DNA of 64,000 bases, from contig OX597825.1 of the NCBI GenBank assembly GCA_951406725.2, forward strand, positions 59,210,001 to 59,274,000, read 5' to 3'. How positions within the stretch are numbered: position 1 is the stretch's first letter; each line of letters starts with the position of its first letter. Shown here in pieces: positions 12,786 to 26,845 of the stretch. The translations under genes were made by a program, and so were the position numbers. Under the pieces are notes generated by a model. That model searched no databases. It was not told the DNA's origin and worked only from the letters and a program-made list of their open reading frames with translations. The DNA is from Octopus vulgaris (taxonomy: Eukaryota).

Positions 12786-15473
12786 ACATACATACATAGA
12801 CATACACATACATAGGTACTTATTTACAACAATTTCTCATTTCTACAGTAGCAAGGATTCGAAACCCAACCGCTAGATACTCGGTCAAATACCACGAATT
12901 AAACCACCATAGTTTCACGTGATCAGTCTATAAGTCGACCAATCATCATGAAGCTATGGCACTATATAGTTTTCTTGAATGTTCTAAAATTTAGCTTCTG
13001 GTCCCGTATAAAAAAAGAAAAAGAAATTTGGCGCACACTTTAGAGAGCAGATAGCTAACGGACTGCCGAGGGCACATATCACCACAGAGATTTGCGCAGA
13101 TAACCTCGTGTATTTTTAACTGACTGCATCTTGTCACTCAGCTTTCCACATTTTCAGTGTAGTTTTCCTCTCCCCCAGCTGATAATTATTCATTTTGTTC
13201 ACTGTAAATATCCAACACTAAATATCTTTATGTTTGGCAATAAATATTTCAGTTAAATTTTCGAGAGTTTGCTCCAGTTATTATGTACGCAGCCAACGAA
13301 ATATATCTTTATTGACCAGCTAAATTCGAGCGGCGGCAAGGAGTTAGTGACACTACTATGACAACCAATATCTTCAGAAATGCAATTCAAAGAAAATAGC
13401 TGTAACTAGGAATCGAAACTAGTGTTGTGAGCCATCAAACTTTAATGATCTTAATCACTGATATTCGTTTACTTTATCGATAACTCTCTGATAGATTTCC
13501 GGTTTGAGATGATAAGGGAAGTAAATGAAGTGGTGCGATGTGGGTTCGATTCCCGGACCCAGAATAATTTAGAACATCTTCATATATCGCCTTTTACAGA
13601 GCACAAGCCCTTGCCTGGCTTCTTCTCTCCAGGTACCAGTTATTCCACCTCCTCGAAGTAACTGAACTAGTTGAATCCACCACTCTCACTAGGGAACTGT
13701 CAGTAAGAAGATTGTTTAATCACATCAGTTGACACAAATAACAATGAAACTTCAAAACAAAAAGAACCTTGTTGTGTTCGTTTTGACTTGGCACAAAAAG
13801 CAGCCAAATCCAAGGCTGTCTTAGCAGCTTTATTAGGCTTCTGGCAAATTAACGCACTAGGCTTTATTGTATTTGTACATTGACAGTAAACCATGGGTGC
13901 TTGATTTACGGGGCATCGGGAAATTGCTTAGTGAACCAAGAATTAAAGCAACACTGGTCAAGTTTCACTAGAATAATGGGTATAGCTATAGGTGGTAAAT
14001 TTTGATACTTTCACCCGCACGATTTTCACTAAGAAAAAAAAATGTACGAGTTTTGTATTATTCCGATCCCCCACTCAAATTTGTTTCCTCATAACTCTCT
14101 TTAAAATATTTTTGAATGAAGTTTTGCAGAAATATGCTTTATAGACAGTAGACTAAATAACAATGTTTTAAACATATCAATCAGAAAGAAATAAAAGTGA
14201 AAATTGTTATAGTTGCGGAAATTGGATGTAACGAAGTTATGGAGTGGAGTAGAAAAGAGAAAAGAACGATCCAAAAGTCCCCCAAAAGACTCTTATGTCT
14301 TCAGTTTTATTCACATAATTGTAATCTACATTCTCGAAAACTTATCTCCGCAAAGTTTCGTTTAAAAGTACCCAATTTTTCAGAAAGACATGAGAAAAAG
14401 CTAAAACAAGAACAAAAAAAAAACAGTCTGGGGCACTAATCTGTAGACATGCCGCATAATGTCTTGAAAGAAAGTCGTATAAACACGGTTGAAAAGGATT
14501 TGAGAAAAGATCTTCTCTTCAAGGCTGACCTGTGGCTAAATAACAGTAAAAATAATTGTAGTAGGCTTGGGGGTAGCTTTAAAAACGTATTTTACTATTA
14601 TAGATAACAAACGGCTTCCACTCGACCTTATCACGCAGAAAATTATATTTATATATATATATATACTCGATATGTAAATCAAGACAGCTCTGAATGAATT
14701 AAATAAAATAATTAAATACAAAACCATAAAAAAAAACTACATAGAGGATACCAGAGTGTATTTTTTTTCTAAGATAAACGTTGTCTATGATGATTGATGA
14801 TAAGGAAAAAGGAAAAGATATGAATATTAAATTACATATACATGTGTGTCAGTATGTATGTATGTGTGTGTGTGTGTAGGAAATTATCTTTGCTACTTTA
14901 TCACTCACTATCTGTCTTCGTATCTCACCACCCGTATCTGTCTATTTTTTTTCTTTTCGTTTATCATTCTACCCATCTAAGAACAAGCTGTTTATATCCA
15001 CGCATTCATCCATCCGTAGCTAGCTAACTTTACGTCTACTAATAATTGCGCTTGCTTGAGAGACGGAGAGAGAAAGAAAAAGAAAGAATTATAAGTACTA
15101 ATCTGATAGAAAAGGAGAAGGAGGGTGTATGTACACTGATAGGACAAGAATTAGGGCTTCTAATATCTTTATTAAAGGATCAACCGAAAATTCAAACACA
15201 TACAATCACACAGACATTATATAAATATATATATATACACACACCCGCCCACAATGTTGGGACATTTGATATCTCTCAATTGTGATGTGTCTTTTTTTTT
15301 CATGTTATTGTTATTTATTTCCCTCGCAGATCAAGAAATTTCTGTATTTTTTTCTCACCCACCACACTCTGCATTGCTTTATTATAAGTTCAAAGAAATA
15401 ACAGAATTTAATTATCAGAAATGTGCTCCTTTCGGCGAATTTAAAACCCCAATCTCGTTAGATCTATTTATCC

Positions 15474-15528
<55 letters not shown>

Positions 15529-15631
15529 AACACGCATTTCTTTCTCTTATTCATTCACCTGTAGTTTCTAAAAGACCTTATGTCTTAAGTGAACAAAATA
15601 TAATCACACACGTGTGTGTGCGCGCGCACAT

Positions 15632-15679
<48 letters not shown>

Positions 15680-17243
15680 AGTCAGGAGACACGAAATACA
15701 CGAAGATGCTTTGAATAACTCGAAACTATGAGGCATGACATACAGAGAAAAAGACAGATGATTACGATAAATATCCTGTGTGTATTAAAACACCCAACGT
15801 ACCCTGTGAACACTGTTGCATATGTTGTGTGTACTGATACAGCCTTTACTTAATAGTAGCAGACTTATTACAGTTGTGAAATGAAGCTACTTCATAACAC
15901 ATGGTTTCTAACAATTGCCCATACCTATATTTGTGTGTGCGTTAGACAGAATGTTATGTTACTGCAACAATGTCATCCCATTAAGAAAGCCCTGTGCGAT
16001 CGATGATCGATCGATTGGACGAATGCAGAGTGGAAGTATGCAAACCTGTGACCGGAGACTGGGGGGAGGAAGTGACAACACAATCAACAGATAATGTAGT
16101 GTGGAGAAACTTGCTTAAGCTTGAAACTAATGGAAATTAGTATCTTCCTCTCCTTCAGTCACGCGTTACTATCGAGCACACATGCACGCGCGTGCACAAT
16201 ATGAATAAAAATGAAAGGATACAATGGATAGTGAAAATTCTAGATTATATATACATTGTGAGTGAATAAATGATGTGACAGTTATTTATTATAAGTCTGC
16301 TTTGTAAAGATTGATCCGGGGTCAAATATGCAAAACACCATATATTCGAGGAGGGAGACAGATAAATCATTTTGGAGGAATTGAGATAACAGCAAAGTTT
16401 AACGTGCTTTGCATTCCAGCAGAGATCAATACAGAACTAAATCACACACACATGCATACAGATACACCACATTCACACACACTCATATACATGCGCACAT
16501 GCCTGCACACATATATATACTAGCGCTCACTTATGCACACACACACACATATACATACATACATACCGATAAGACAGGATAGGCCATAATTAGTATTAAC
16601 GATGTATTTTAAAATCAAAATGATCATCAGATGATTATATATATATATATCATGAATTATTTGGGGTTATACACAGAGTTTATACAGTGCTAAAATAAAC
16701 GGAAAGGCAACTTGTGATACACAGTATAGAGGCAACAAGAGTTGGCCCTAATGTGATTTGAACTCATAAAAATGAGTCATCGATGCCTCATCAATCCAAT
16801 GATGGATTCTCAGAAAGTTTAGCATTTCGAAAACAGAGCATGAACAATGCACGGACAAGCATGTCTCTAAGTAGTCTTCCAAGCTGTTAGAAACAGCAGC
16901 TAAACTTTGCTACCGTCTTCAGGAGAGAGACACACATGATAGTCAAAGGCTGAAAGCATCTGATCAGAGGTTTGCTCATTCAGGTCTTGCCTAGGGCTAA
17001 ACAAGAAGAGAACAGCTGCTAGAAAGCAATGAGAGAGAGAGAGAGAGAGAACATATGACATACGAGTGCTTAGTGAGGGAATCTAGAAGTGTGTGTGTGT
17101 GTATATATATACATACACACCAATATATGTGTATCTATTTATACATGTATGTCCACTCATTCATGTTTATACAAATATAAGTGCAACGCACGAAACCCTC
17201 AGTCTACGGACCGAATGCTTACTTATAAATATATAGGCATAAT

Positions 17244-17278
<35 letters not shown>

Positions 17279-19164
17279 ATATATGTGCATGTATAAATAC
17301 GTGTGTATATAAAATGCAAGCTCCATAGTTATGCATGCATATGTATATAACACAGATAAAGCTAACGAGACGGAGAGAGAGAGAGAGAGAGAGAGAGGAT
17401 AAGTGTTTAATAGCATGGGTCTGATATTAACAAGAGAAAAAAAAGACCACCACCAGCACATTACCAACAAATTATATCACACTGTGTAGCGAAGAAATTG
17501 TATTAATAAGATAATTACAAAATTAATAAGTTCTTCATACAAAATGATTTGGTTATTTTTTGTAAAACGTTTTTCTCCGGGGACAATTCTGATATCAGAA
17601 GACGAACCTCAAACGTTCGGGTGTGTTCAATGGATGTGTTATATACACAATTCGTTTCATCAATACGATTGTGTATATAAATATAATATGAGGTGGGGGG
17701 AAATATATATATATATATATTTATGTATATATATAGGGTGGGTGGGTTAATGTGTACCCAGAGAGACGGGTATACACATACAGAGATTGACATATATCTG
17801 ATCACCAACCAAACTCAATAATAGTCATACATAACATCTAGCAACATAAATAAATACATCAGCGGTTAGGATAAACAAAACTACAATGTGATGTGGGCAA
17901 CCAGAGCATATATATATATATATCTCCACATATACATATATACATGTTCATGAACACATATATACATAAATCATAAACACACACATACGAACATATAAAC
18001 ATACTTTTCTATTTAGTCGATAGAAGGTGACGGACAGGCGGAATCGTGAGCACGCCGGACGAAATGTTTGCGACTTTTCTTCCGGCTTCACGTCCTCACC
18101 CAATATCGATTTCGCCTTTTTACCCATTTCGGAGTCTAGCCCTAGGGGTTGGTGTAATCGTCTGCCCCCTCCCCCCCACACCACCACCACCTTTATCAAA
18201 ATTCCAGGCATTATGAATATAGTCGGAACGATTATCAATCGGCATAAAGTTGTAGTAGTGACTCAGGGGGCCGATAGTTTCGTGCACTGATACTCAACAA
18301 ATATAATTGCCAAAGTACGAAACTCTCGAGCACTGAGTTACTAACTTCTACCAATTAATAACAAATAATAAATATGAAACACTAACATTTTGTTTTATTT
18401 TCTTGCTTGTATCAACAGAGCCACTATAAACAAACAATCTACGTATTGAAATAAATACACTTGCTTTTTCGGGACAAATATGTACAAACTTAATTTGAAT
18501 ATTAAAAGAAAACAAATCTAATGTATGTGTGTATGTATATATATATATATATATATATATGCTCACACAAGGTACAGGATTTATGCACGAGATCTCTGTA
18601 TTGTATTATATATAGTTCATGTTGTTAGGCGCCAGATCAGGTTAATTCAAAGGAAGTTTAGTTGAGATTAGAAACTCGTAGTTTAGTCTGACATAATACA
18701 CCAAGGACTATATTATGAAATGTATCGCTGATTATTAATATTTATTTTGTTAAACTAGGCAGGGCGTGATTTGAGGGACACCTGGCTGTTATTTCTAGCA
18801 TTTAAAGAAAAACTACGATGTAAACTATTAGTGGATAACTGATTGTATATGATCAGTGTGTGTAATGTATTATAACCAGTAGTGCGTGTGTGCCATATAT
18901 ATATATATATATATATGAGTTTTGTACACATGCATTTAATGAACATCTATACATACATAGGTGAAGTATTTAATATGCTTATATACATACACACGCGCGT
19001 ACCCAAGTAGTTAGTCTCTATATGTGAAGTAATTGAAAAGCAGTTTATGACTTGATTTATAGACCGCTCTAGCAACTAGTTTAAAAATTGACATCAATCT
19101 TATTTTGTGAGAATGAAAGAAACCTTTTGGGCATTAGCATAATAACTACTACTACTATTATTAT

Positions 19165-19890
19165 TAGTGTTTCACTAAAGTAAGTACCAGTGACACAGTG
19201 GAGTCAATTTAATCGACTGGTTTCCGTCCCCAAAAGTTCAGGCCTTGTGCCTATAGTAAAAAAGGATTATTGTTAAGGCGGGCGAGCTGGCAGAATCGTT
19301 AGCACGCCGGACGAAATGCTTAGCGCTATTTCGCCCGTTGCTATGTTCCGAGTTCAAATTCCGCCGAGGTCGACCTTTGCCTTTTCATCCTTTAGGGGTC
19401 GATTAAATAAGTACACCTGTGTGAGGTGGGGGTCGATGTAATAGACTCGTCCCCTCCCTCACAATCGCTATCCATGTTGCAAAATTTGAAACCGTTACTG
19501 GCAGAAACGTTAGCAAGCCGGGCGAAATGCTTAGCGGTGTTTCGTCTGCCGTTACGTTAGGAGTTCAAATTCCGCTGAGGTCGACTTTGCCTTTCGTCCT
19601 TTTAGGATCAATGAAATAAGTAGCAGTTGCGTACTGGGGTCGATGTAATCGACAAGTCCCGTCCCCCAAATTTCAGGTCTTGTGCCTATGGTAGAAAGGA
19701 TTATTATTATTAAGGTGCTGAGCCGGAAGAACCATTAGTATGCCGGACATAATGCATAGCAGAAATTCATCTGTCTTCATGAAGCGAGTTCAGATTCCAC
19801 TGAAGTCGACTTTACCTTAAAAATAAGTACCAGTTGACAACTGGAGTCGATGTCATCGACCTAGCACCCTCCACCAAAATTCAAAAGGAT
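19165..19890 (+). mobile_element. Head-to-tail cluster of four SINE family A copies
   Basis: Units start at about 19277, 19497 and 19712, plus a 3' fragment at 19165. Consensus GGCGGCGAGCTGGCAGAATCGTTAGC..GAGTTCAAATTCCGCCGAGGTCGACTTTGCCTTTCATCCTTT.GGGGTCGAT.AAATAAGTACCAG. Confidence 0.92.
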
Positions 19891-20049
19891 CGTCATTATT
19901 TTTTGGTAAGAGAAATGTTAGAAATGAGCTCCAACAGATCATGCACACACATTTACATGCCTATAATATACAGACATATGTGTATATATACATATATAGA
20001 CATAACATATATATAGCAATACACATATAACATGCACATATATAGAAAT

Positions 20050-20094
<45 letters not shown>

Positions 20095-20164
20095 CAAACA
20101 TGCATTTAAACATATACCCACACATATAGTGTGTGTATATATAATAGTGTACATAGATGAATGG

Positions 20165-20166
20165 AT

Positions 20167-20235
<69 letters not shown>

Positions 20236-20417
20236 AAGACAGACAGATTGATAGATAGATAGATAGACAGACAGATTGATAGATAGATAGAAAGAAAGAC
20301 AGACAGATTGATAGATAGAAAGAAAGACAGACAGAGTGATAGATAGATAGAAAGACAGATAGAGTGATAGATAGATAGAAAGACAGATAGAGTGATAGAT
20401 AGATAGATAGATAGAGT

Positions 20418-20475
<58 letters not shown>

Positions 20476-20682
20476 AAGACAGATAGATAGAAAGATAGAC
20501 AGACAGATAGATAGAAAGATTGATAGATAGAAAGACAGACAGATTGATTAGATAGATAGAAAGACAGATTGATTAGATAGATAGAAAGACAGACAGCTTG
20601 ATAGATAGAAAGAGAGATAGATAGATAGAAACATACATACATAGACAGGCAAATAGATACAGATAGATGGATAGACAGATAG
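20165..20682. repeat. (GATA)/(GACA) compound microsatellite
   Basis: Read directly from the sequence. Confidence 0.97.
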
Positions 20683-21899
20683 AAAACACAGAGTAAGGTA
20701 GTGTTAAGTTTTAACACACATAATACATGAACCAGGCGTGATTTCAAGAAAAACCCTTTCACGCCCCAACCCGCGGTCGTCAATAACTACAGCATGACCC
20801 CTATCTAACCCCTTGTTGTTAAGGTGTCAGTGATAGGGGTTGATTTTGCAAATACAGAGACAATGATATGAAGTCACCGGTGTATATGTATATATATCAG
20901 GAAAAAAAAGTAGACAAAAGCGAGGAAGGAGTTTGTATAAGGTAGCTGATAATCATAGATAAGCTGTTTCCTAGAATTATATATATATACACGTGTGTAT
21001 GCATATATATATATATATATATATTCATATATATAATGCATACACACGTGTGTACATGTGTACAGCATACACACCGAAACTAACATACATTTAATTCTGG
21101 AGGGCGGTGCTTCGGTATGGCCTTGGCCTTGATGGCTGAAACAAATTTTAAAAAAACATGCTTTTCTTTATGTGTCTACATTTGCTTTAATATATCTATG
21201 TGTTTATAAATGCACACGTCTCAACACATGTGTGTGTATGTATATATGTGTATGTGTATCTCTACATGCATATATATATATTAAACCTACACAGGTATCT
21301 GAAATGGCTGAAAACATTATACATAGATATATATATATATACATTCTTTCAATATATATATATATTAATATTTCGCTTACCAACACATTGGTTATATAGA
21401 AACAGAATAACTGCTACATGACGGCGGTTAAATATTTAAATATATCAAAAAATGTATAATAAAAACACTAACCTTCCTAAATTTTCACCAATGGTATAAT
21501 AATTCTCAACTGGTTCTTGTTTAAATTCCATGACAAAGGTACGTGTGTGGAAAGTAAAAAATAACAATAATAATTGTAAAGCAGGAAAAAGACGATTTCA
21601 CCAGTGGAACACCTTATTACTGGTGTTGTCAGATGTACATGTATATATTTACAGAATATATAATATATTTATATATAAATTTAAATAAAAACTAAATAAA
21701 TTGTTAACTAATTAGAAGAGTGTCCAACTGAAAACCACTCATGATCTCTGATCAGAGTGAGCTAAGAAGAGAACATAAAGCAAGGAATCACTTTGTAAAC
21801 AGAAATTTCAGTAAATTGGAAGAGACCCGGTGCTCCCACTCTTTGTATATCTCATTCTAACACTCATGTCGAACTGCCTGCTTCTGTCAAACAACTGAC

Positions 21900-22450
21900 A
21901 CATACTCTCTCATTCTGTTTCTCTCACTCTCTTTATGTTATAATATTTCTGTTTAATCCCTCTCTCTCTGTGTATATTTTGGCTCTTTCGTTTTTACTCC
22001 TCTCTGCCACTCCGTGCTGGTTGTTGTAGTCATGGTAGTAGTAGTAACAGTTGTTGTCTGACGGAAAGAGAGAAGGCGGTGCGGTGTGGTGGGGAGGAAG
22101 GAAGAGGAGGGAGAGAAAAAAAATCCTCATTCACTCATTCATAAAAACAGAGGCCAACAGGAGAAGTATGGTGAAGCAGATTTTTATCAAAGTGTTCAGA
22201 TCTGGCGGCTTGCTCGGCCGACTTTTTTAAAAGATCACAACGACAACTACTGACTAGGAAGCAGTATTAAAGCAGGTTTGTTGTTACAGCACACATGGCC
22301 CGCATGTTAGATTACGATCTTGCAGGTCACATAACTGGTCTGCGGGGTAGGGGTTTCTAACGTACTACTCGCCTTCTGAACGTGGAAATAATGATATCCG
22401 GGTGAAGGCGCCGAGGGTAGGCGGAAAAAGCATTTATAACGATTATAACA
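21900..22450 (+). promoter_or_regulatory. Possible promoter or first-exon region
   Basis: Non-repeat, CpG-rich sequence after a TC-rich tract; candidate donors CAG|GTTTGT (about 22275) and GAGG|GTAGGC (about 22417); CpG depletion begins about 1 kb downstream. Inference only. Confidence 0.3.
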
Positions 22451-24481
22451 TTAATTACAAGAATCGTTATAGCCGTATATACTATCTATTATGCTATGGC
22501 AGCCTCTTATTGTGGTCACTTTCGAAGCCTTCTCATTATTTATCTCTATAATGATAATAACCCATATAAATGTCGGTTGGATGGCTGGCTGGCTGGTTCG
22601 TTTGTTGGTTGATTTATCCGGTCATGCTTTACCCCGTACAGAGAGAAAGAGAGGGAGAAGTACCGGATGAATGTCAACATTTTTAATGGAATTTTGCCGA
22701 TAGATTTTCTATAGAGTAGATTGTGATTATTATTTTCACATTTGACTGCAACTATGCTGAGACACTGCCTTGAAGAGGTTTTTTTTTTTTTTCTCTCAAC
22801 CAAATCGACCCCAATATTTATCTTGTAAATCTGGTACTTATTTTATCGATTTCTTTTGCTGACCTACTAACTTACAGGAATGTAAACAAACCAACACTTA
22901 CTGATCGGTAGGTGCGCGACAAACGTACAGACTCACTCAGATATGTGTGCACGCTATGTTCGTCTCCCTACTACTTGATAACCGGTGCTGGTTAGTTTAC
23001 GTTCCTATAATCCAGAGGTTAAGGCTAAAGAAACCGATAGAATATCTTTAAAAATTAATACTGGAGTCGATTTTTTTCATTTAGATGAACATAAGGTGAT
23101 GTCTTGGCATGGTTACAGCTCAATAATTGAAACAAGTAAAAGATAAAAGGTAAACTAGTACTCATGATATAGGCGCGGCTGTGTGGTAAGAAGTTTCTTT
23201 CTCAAGCACATGGTTTGGGGTTTCGTTCCACTGGGTGGCACCTTGGGCAAGTATCTTTCTGCTATAGCCTTGGGTTACCTAAAACCTTGTGAGTGGATTT
23301 GGTTGACTGAAGCCCAAAGAAGTCTAACCCCCTCCTCAGTTGTCGACTGTTAATTACTCCCTATATATATATATATAACTTACTTGGAAGAGGACGCGTG
23401 GCGTTCAAAACACGCAATAAGTCGAAACATTAAATCAGCACAGCTCAGTGTGACCCTAGAAAACTGGTATCAGTTAAGAATAGGTGCTTATATTTGAATA
23501 TTCAAAACGTTTCCCACAAACGAACTTAAAGGATATATGTGTGTGTGTATGAGAGCTAAAAGAAAAATAAGTACTGGGATCGATTCAAAGGTCTTCAAAG
23601 CAATGTTCCAGCATGGCTGTAGTCTAATGACTGAAATAAGTAAAAGATGGAAAAATAAAAGGTAGATTCAAGAAACTTGAGATTGTCTGTTGACAATAAT
23701 TTATTAAACATGGCTGTGTGGTTAAGGAGCTTGTTTCACAAGCCTGTGGTTTCAGGTTCAATCATAGTGGGTGGCATTATTGGACAAGTATTTTCAAGTA
23801 TAGCTTTGAGTTGACTAAAACCTTCTAAAGGAAAATTGGATTTGTGATTAATTGTAAGTAACCTGTCAAACTTTTGAGGGATAAGCTTAATCCATCACTT
23901 GGATTAACCCTTTAGCATAATGCTTTTTAATTCACATTTTTGTTGACTTAATTATATCTTATCTTATAGCTTTGAGATTTTGATGACTTGGTTGTTTATC
24001 TTTAGAATGATTTAGTAGAATGATAATTTTAGAATGAGAGGTGTGAGAGGTTGGAATTGGTCAGGAAGAATGTTTGGGTTGGATTCACCATCAATTGCAG
24101 GAAGACACAAGTCATTTCCCAATAATCACCAGTTGAGGAAAATAGTGATGATGCAGCCAGAAGGCTTTGGTTGGCCAGAAGACCCAGGCCCAAGGTACCA
24201 CACAGTGGAACTGAACCTGTAACTACATTCAGATTTCAAATTTCATTGAGCTCAATTTTGCCTTCCGTTGAGGGTGACGGTATCAACTAACTCCTCTACC
24301 TCTAAAATTGCTGGCCTTGTACCTAAATTAGAAACAATTAAAGACAAATCCATCAATGTGTTGACTACATTCCTTCTTAACATGAGCAAACATAGCTATT
24401 AACTACCCAAACATAATGAATATTAACAGATGAGAAAATGATTAACTGCAAATATAAAAGACAATCTATTTTTCTGCTTAA

Positions 24482-24697
24482 CCTTTTTGTTGTTTTTTTT
24501 GAGATGCTCTGTATTTCTTTCAATTACTTTAAATATAACAAAGAATTTAGTAAAAGAACTTAGTTATCATTAAGCTAGTGTTAGGAACATTAATTGTGAC
24601 CAAGTTTTGGTGGAAGATTTTAATTCAAAACTTATGAAAACAAGACATTTGTACTACAGAGCCAGAGCCAGTTTCAGCCAGGTTGGTAATGAAATGG
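24482..24697. mobile_element. piggyBac-type MITE (diverged copy)
   Basis: Flanked by TTAA (24478-24481 and 24698-24701); internal sequence shared with 42311 and 43582. Confidence 0.8.
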
Positions 24698-25187
24698 TTA
24701 ATGATGGCTTATTTCATTGCATTCAAATTTTGTCCATGAGACCATTTTCACTTTCTTTTTCCATCTGAGAAGTCTAAAGTTTCTATTACAAAAAAAAAAG
24801 AGTACTAGCCAGACACTCAGTTTTGCAATTGGTTTGAGTACTTGTAGAAGGATTAGAAATCATTCCATCTATGTTCTGCAGTTTTATCACAAACAAAACC
24901 GATTTGGTTTCACTTAGTTCTTCAGTTCCATCACTTACAGTGTAAGAGCAGTGGCTGACAATCAGATGGGCCACAACTTACATGTGGGCCTCAGACCTTT
25001 CCTAAAAGTTTTTCAAGTATTGAATGCATTTGTGGGCTATCAAGATAGGTGTCAGCATTACACTGTAGTTAATAAGTTTGCTTCCTATGCACGTGGTTTC
25101 AGAGTGTGGCACCTTGGGCAGGTGTCTTCTACTATAGACCCAGGCCAATCAAAGCTTTGTGAGTGGAGTTGGTGGATAGAAACTGAA

Positions 25188-25419
25188 GGTGGTGAGCTGG
25201 CAGAAACGTTAGCACGCTGGGCGAAATGCTTAGTGGTATTTCGTCTGCTGCTACATTCTGAGTTCAAATTCCACCAAGGTCGACTTTGCCTTTCATCCTT
25301 TCGGAGGTCGATTAAATAAGTACCAGTTATGCACTGGGGTCGATATAATCGACTTAATCCATTTGTCTGTTCTTGTTTGTCCCCTCTGTGTGTAGCCTCT
25401 TGTGGGCAGTAAATAAATA
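25188..25419 (+). mobile_element. SINE family A inserted into a family B SINE, with 10-bp TSD
   Basis: AGAAACTGAA is duplicated at 25178-25187 and 25420-25429; the host SINE resumes after it. Confidence 0.9.
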
Positions 25420-25443
25420 AGAAACTGAAAGAGGCATATCATG

Positions 25444-25477
<34 letters not shown>

Positions 25478-26289
25478 CTTGTGTCTCTTTCTCTTGACAT
25501 CACATGGTAGTTCTAAATGAGTGTCTCTGTCGTACCAGCAGAATTGTTTGTTTCCATTATTCTATGAAAATATTTGGCCTTGGAGAAATATTACCTTGCT
25601 TGGAAACAGGTGTAAGTTTGTGATAGGAAGGGCATGTATCTGTAGAAAAGCTACCTCAATAAGCTTTGTCCAACTCATATACAAGCATGGTGACATGGAT
25701 GTTAAAGTCCTGTTGCTCCTGCCACTTGCTGTTGATGATGATGATGATGTTTAATTTTTGCTTACATAAACATTGCCAGTAACGGAAAAGGTGATGGATA
25801 CATGGTGGTGCTGGTGCTGGTGCCGGGCATTTTTATATGTAAGATATGATATAATATTCATGTAGGTCATGAGCAAATGTAAAAAGAGAAATACTACTAC
25901 TACTACTAATAATAATAATAATAATTAAAAAGTAGTCAGTTATGAAAAAAAATTAATTGCTGATCACTGGATTCAGAGGGAAGCCACTGAAATGTTAAGT
26001 TCTGATATGGCTTCCATCCAAGGTTAAAGCTGTTTTGGTTTCACTTAGTTCTGCATTCGTATGAAATGTCACAATGTAGAGAGCATTGTAAAGGAAGCCG
26101 TTGCTACTCTGGGACCTGACACAATTTCCATCCGTAAATACAGTTGTTGCTTGGTTTCATGTGGACCACTGGGAATAAAACATGGGTGACATAATTTCCC
26201 ATTTACATGTAAACATATACGTTTATGTAATGCTTACAGTATTTGTGTCAAGTTAGCCTAGCTGAACATACAGGCATATAGCAGTAACT

Positions 26290-26845
26290 GGTACTCTGTT
26301 GCTTATGACGACGAGGGCTCCAGTTGAGTCGATCTGATCAACGGAATGGCCTGCTCATGAAATTAAACGTGCAAGTGGCTGAATGCTCCTCAGTCACACA
26401 TGCCCTTAACCCTTTAGTATTTAAACCGGCCATATCCGGCCAAAATATTTAATCTGCTATATGTTCAAACTGACCAGATCCAGGCCCTCACACCTACCCC
26501 ACAATGTTATTCTACATTAAGTAATTACACCATCGAGATCTTGAAGATATGAGATAATGCATGATTAATTCAAATCAATGGGAATCAACAAGCATTATGT
26601 TTGATTGAATAATCTGAACACTAAAGTAGTTCTCAAGGAGATTCAGTATGACACAGAATGTGACAAGGCTAGCACTGTGAATTACAGGTGGTAGTACTAC
26701 TTACTTTTGCCGGGTTGCCTGAACTGGAAGCAATGTGAAATAAAGTGTCTTGCTCAAGGACACAAGAAGCATCCAGGAATCAAACTCACAGTCATACAAT
26801 TATGAGCTAAACACCCTAACCACTAAGCCATGCACTTTCACTAAG
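26290..26845 (-). mobile_element. tRNA-headed SINE interrupted by a second piggyBac-type MITE (about 26410-26625)
   Basis: Head TGGCTTAGTGGTTAGGG..GAGTTTGATTCC and TGTGTCCTTGAGCAAGACACTT; the insert begins TTAA|CCCTTTAG at 26406. Confidence 0.65.

Noticed and set aside
22168-22360. Short ATG ORFs MVKQIFIKVFRSGGLLGRLF and MARMLDYDLAGHITGLRGRGF
   Set aside because: About 20 codons each, not recognised; could be uORFs or chance.
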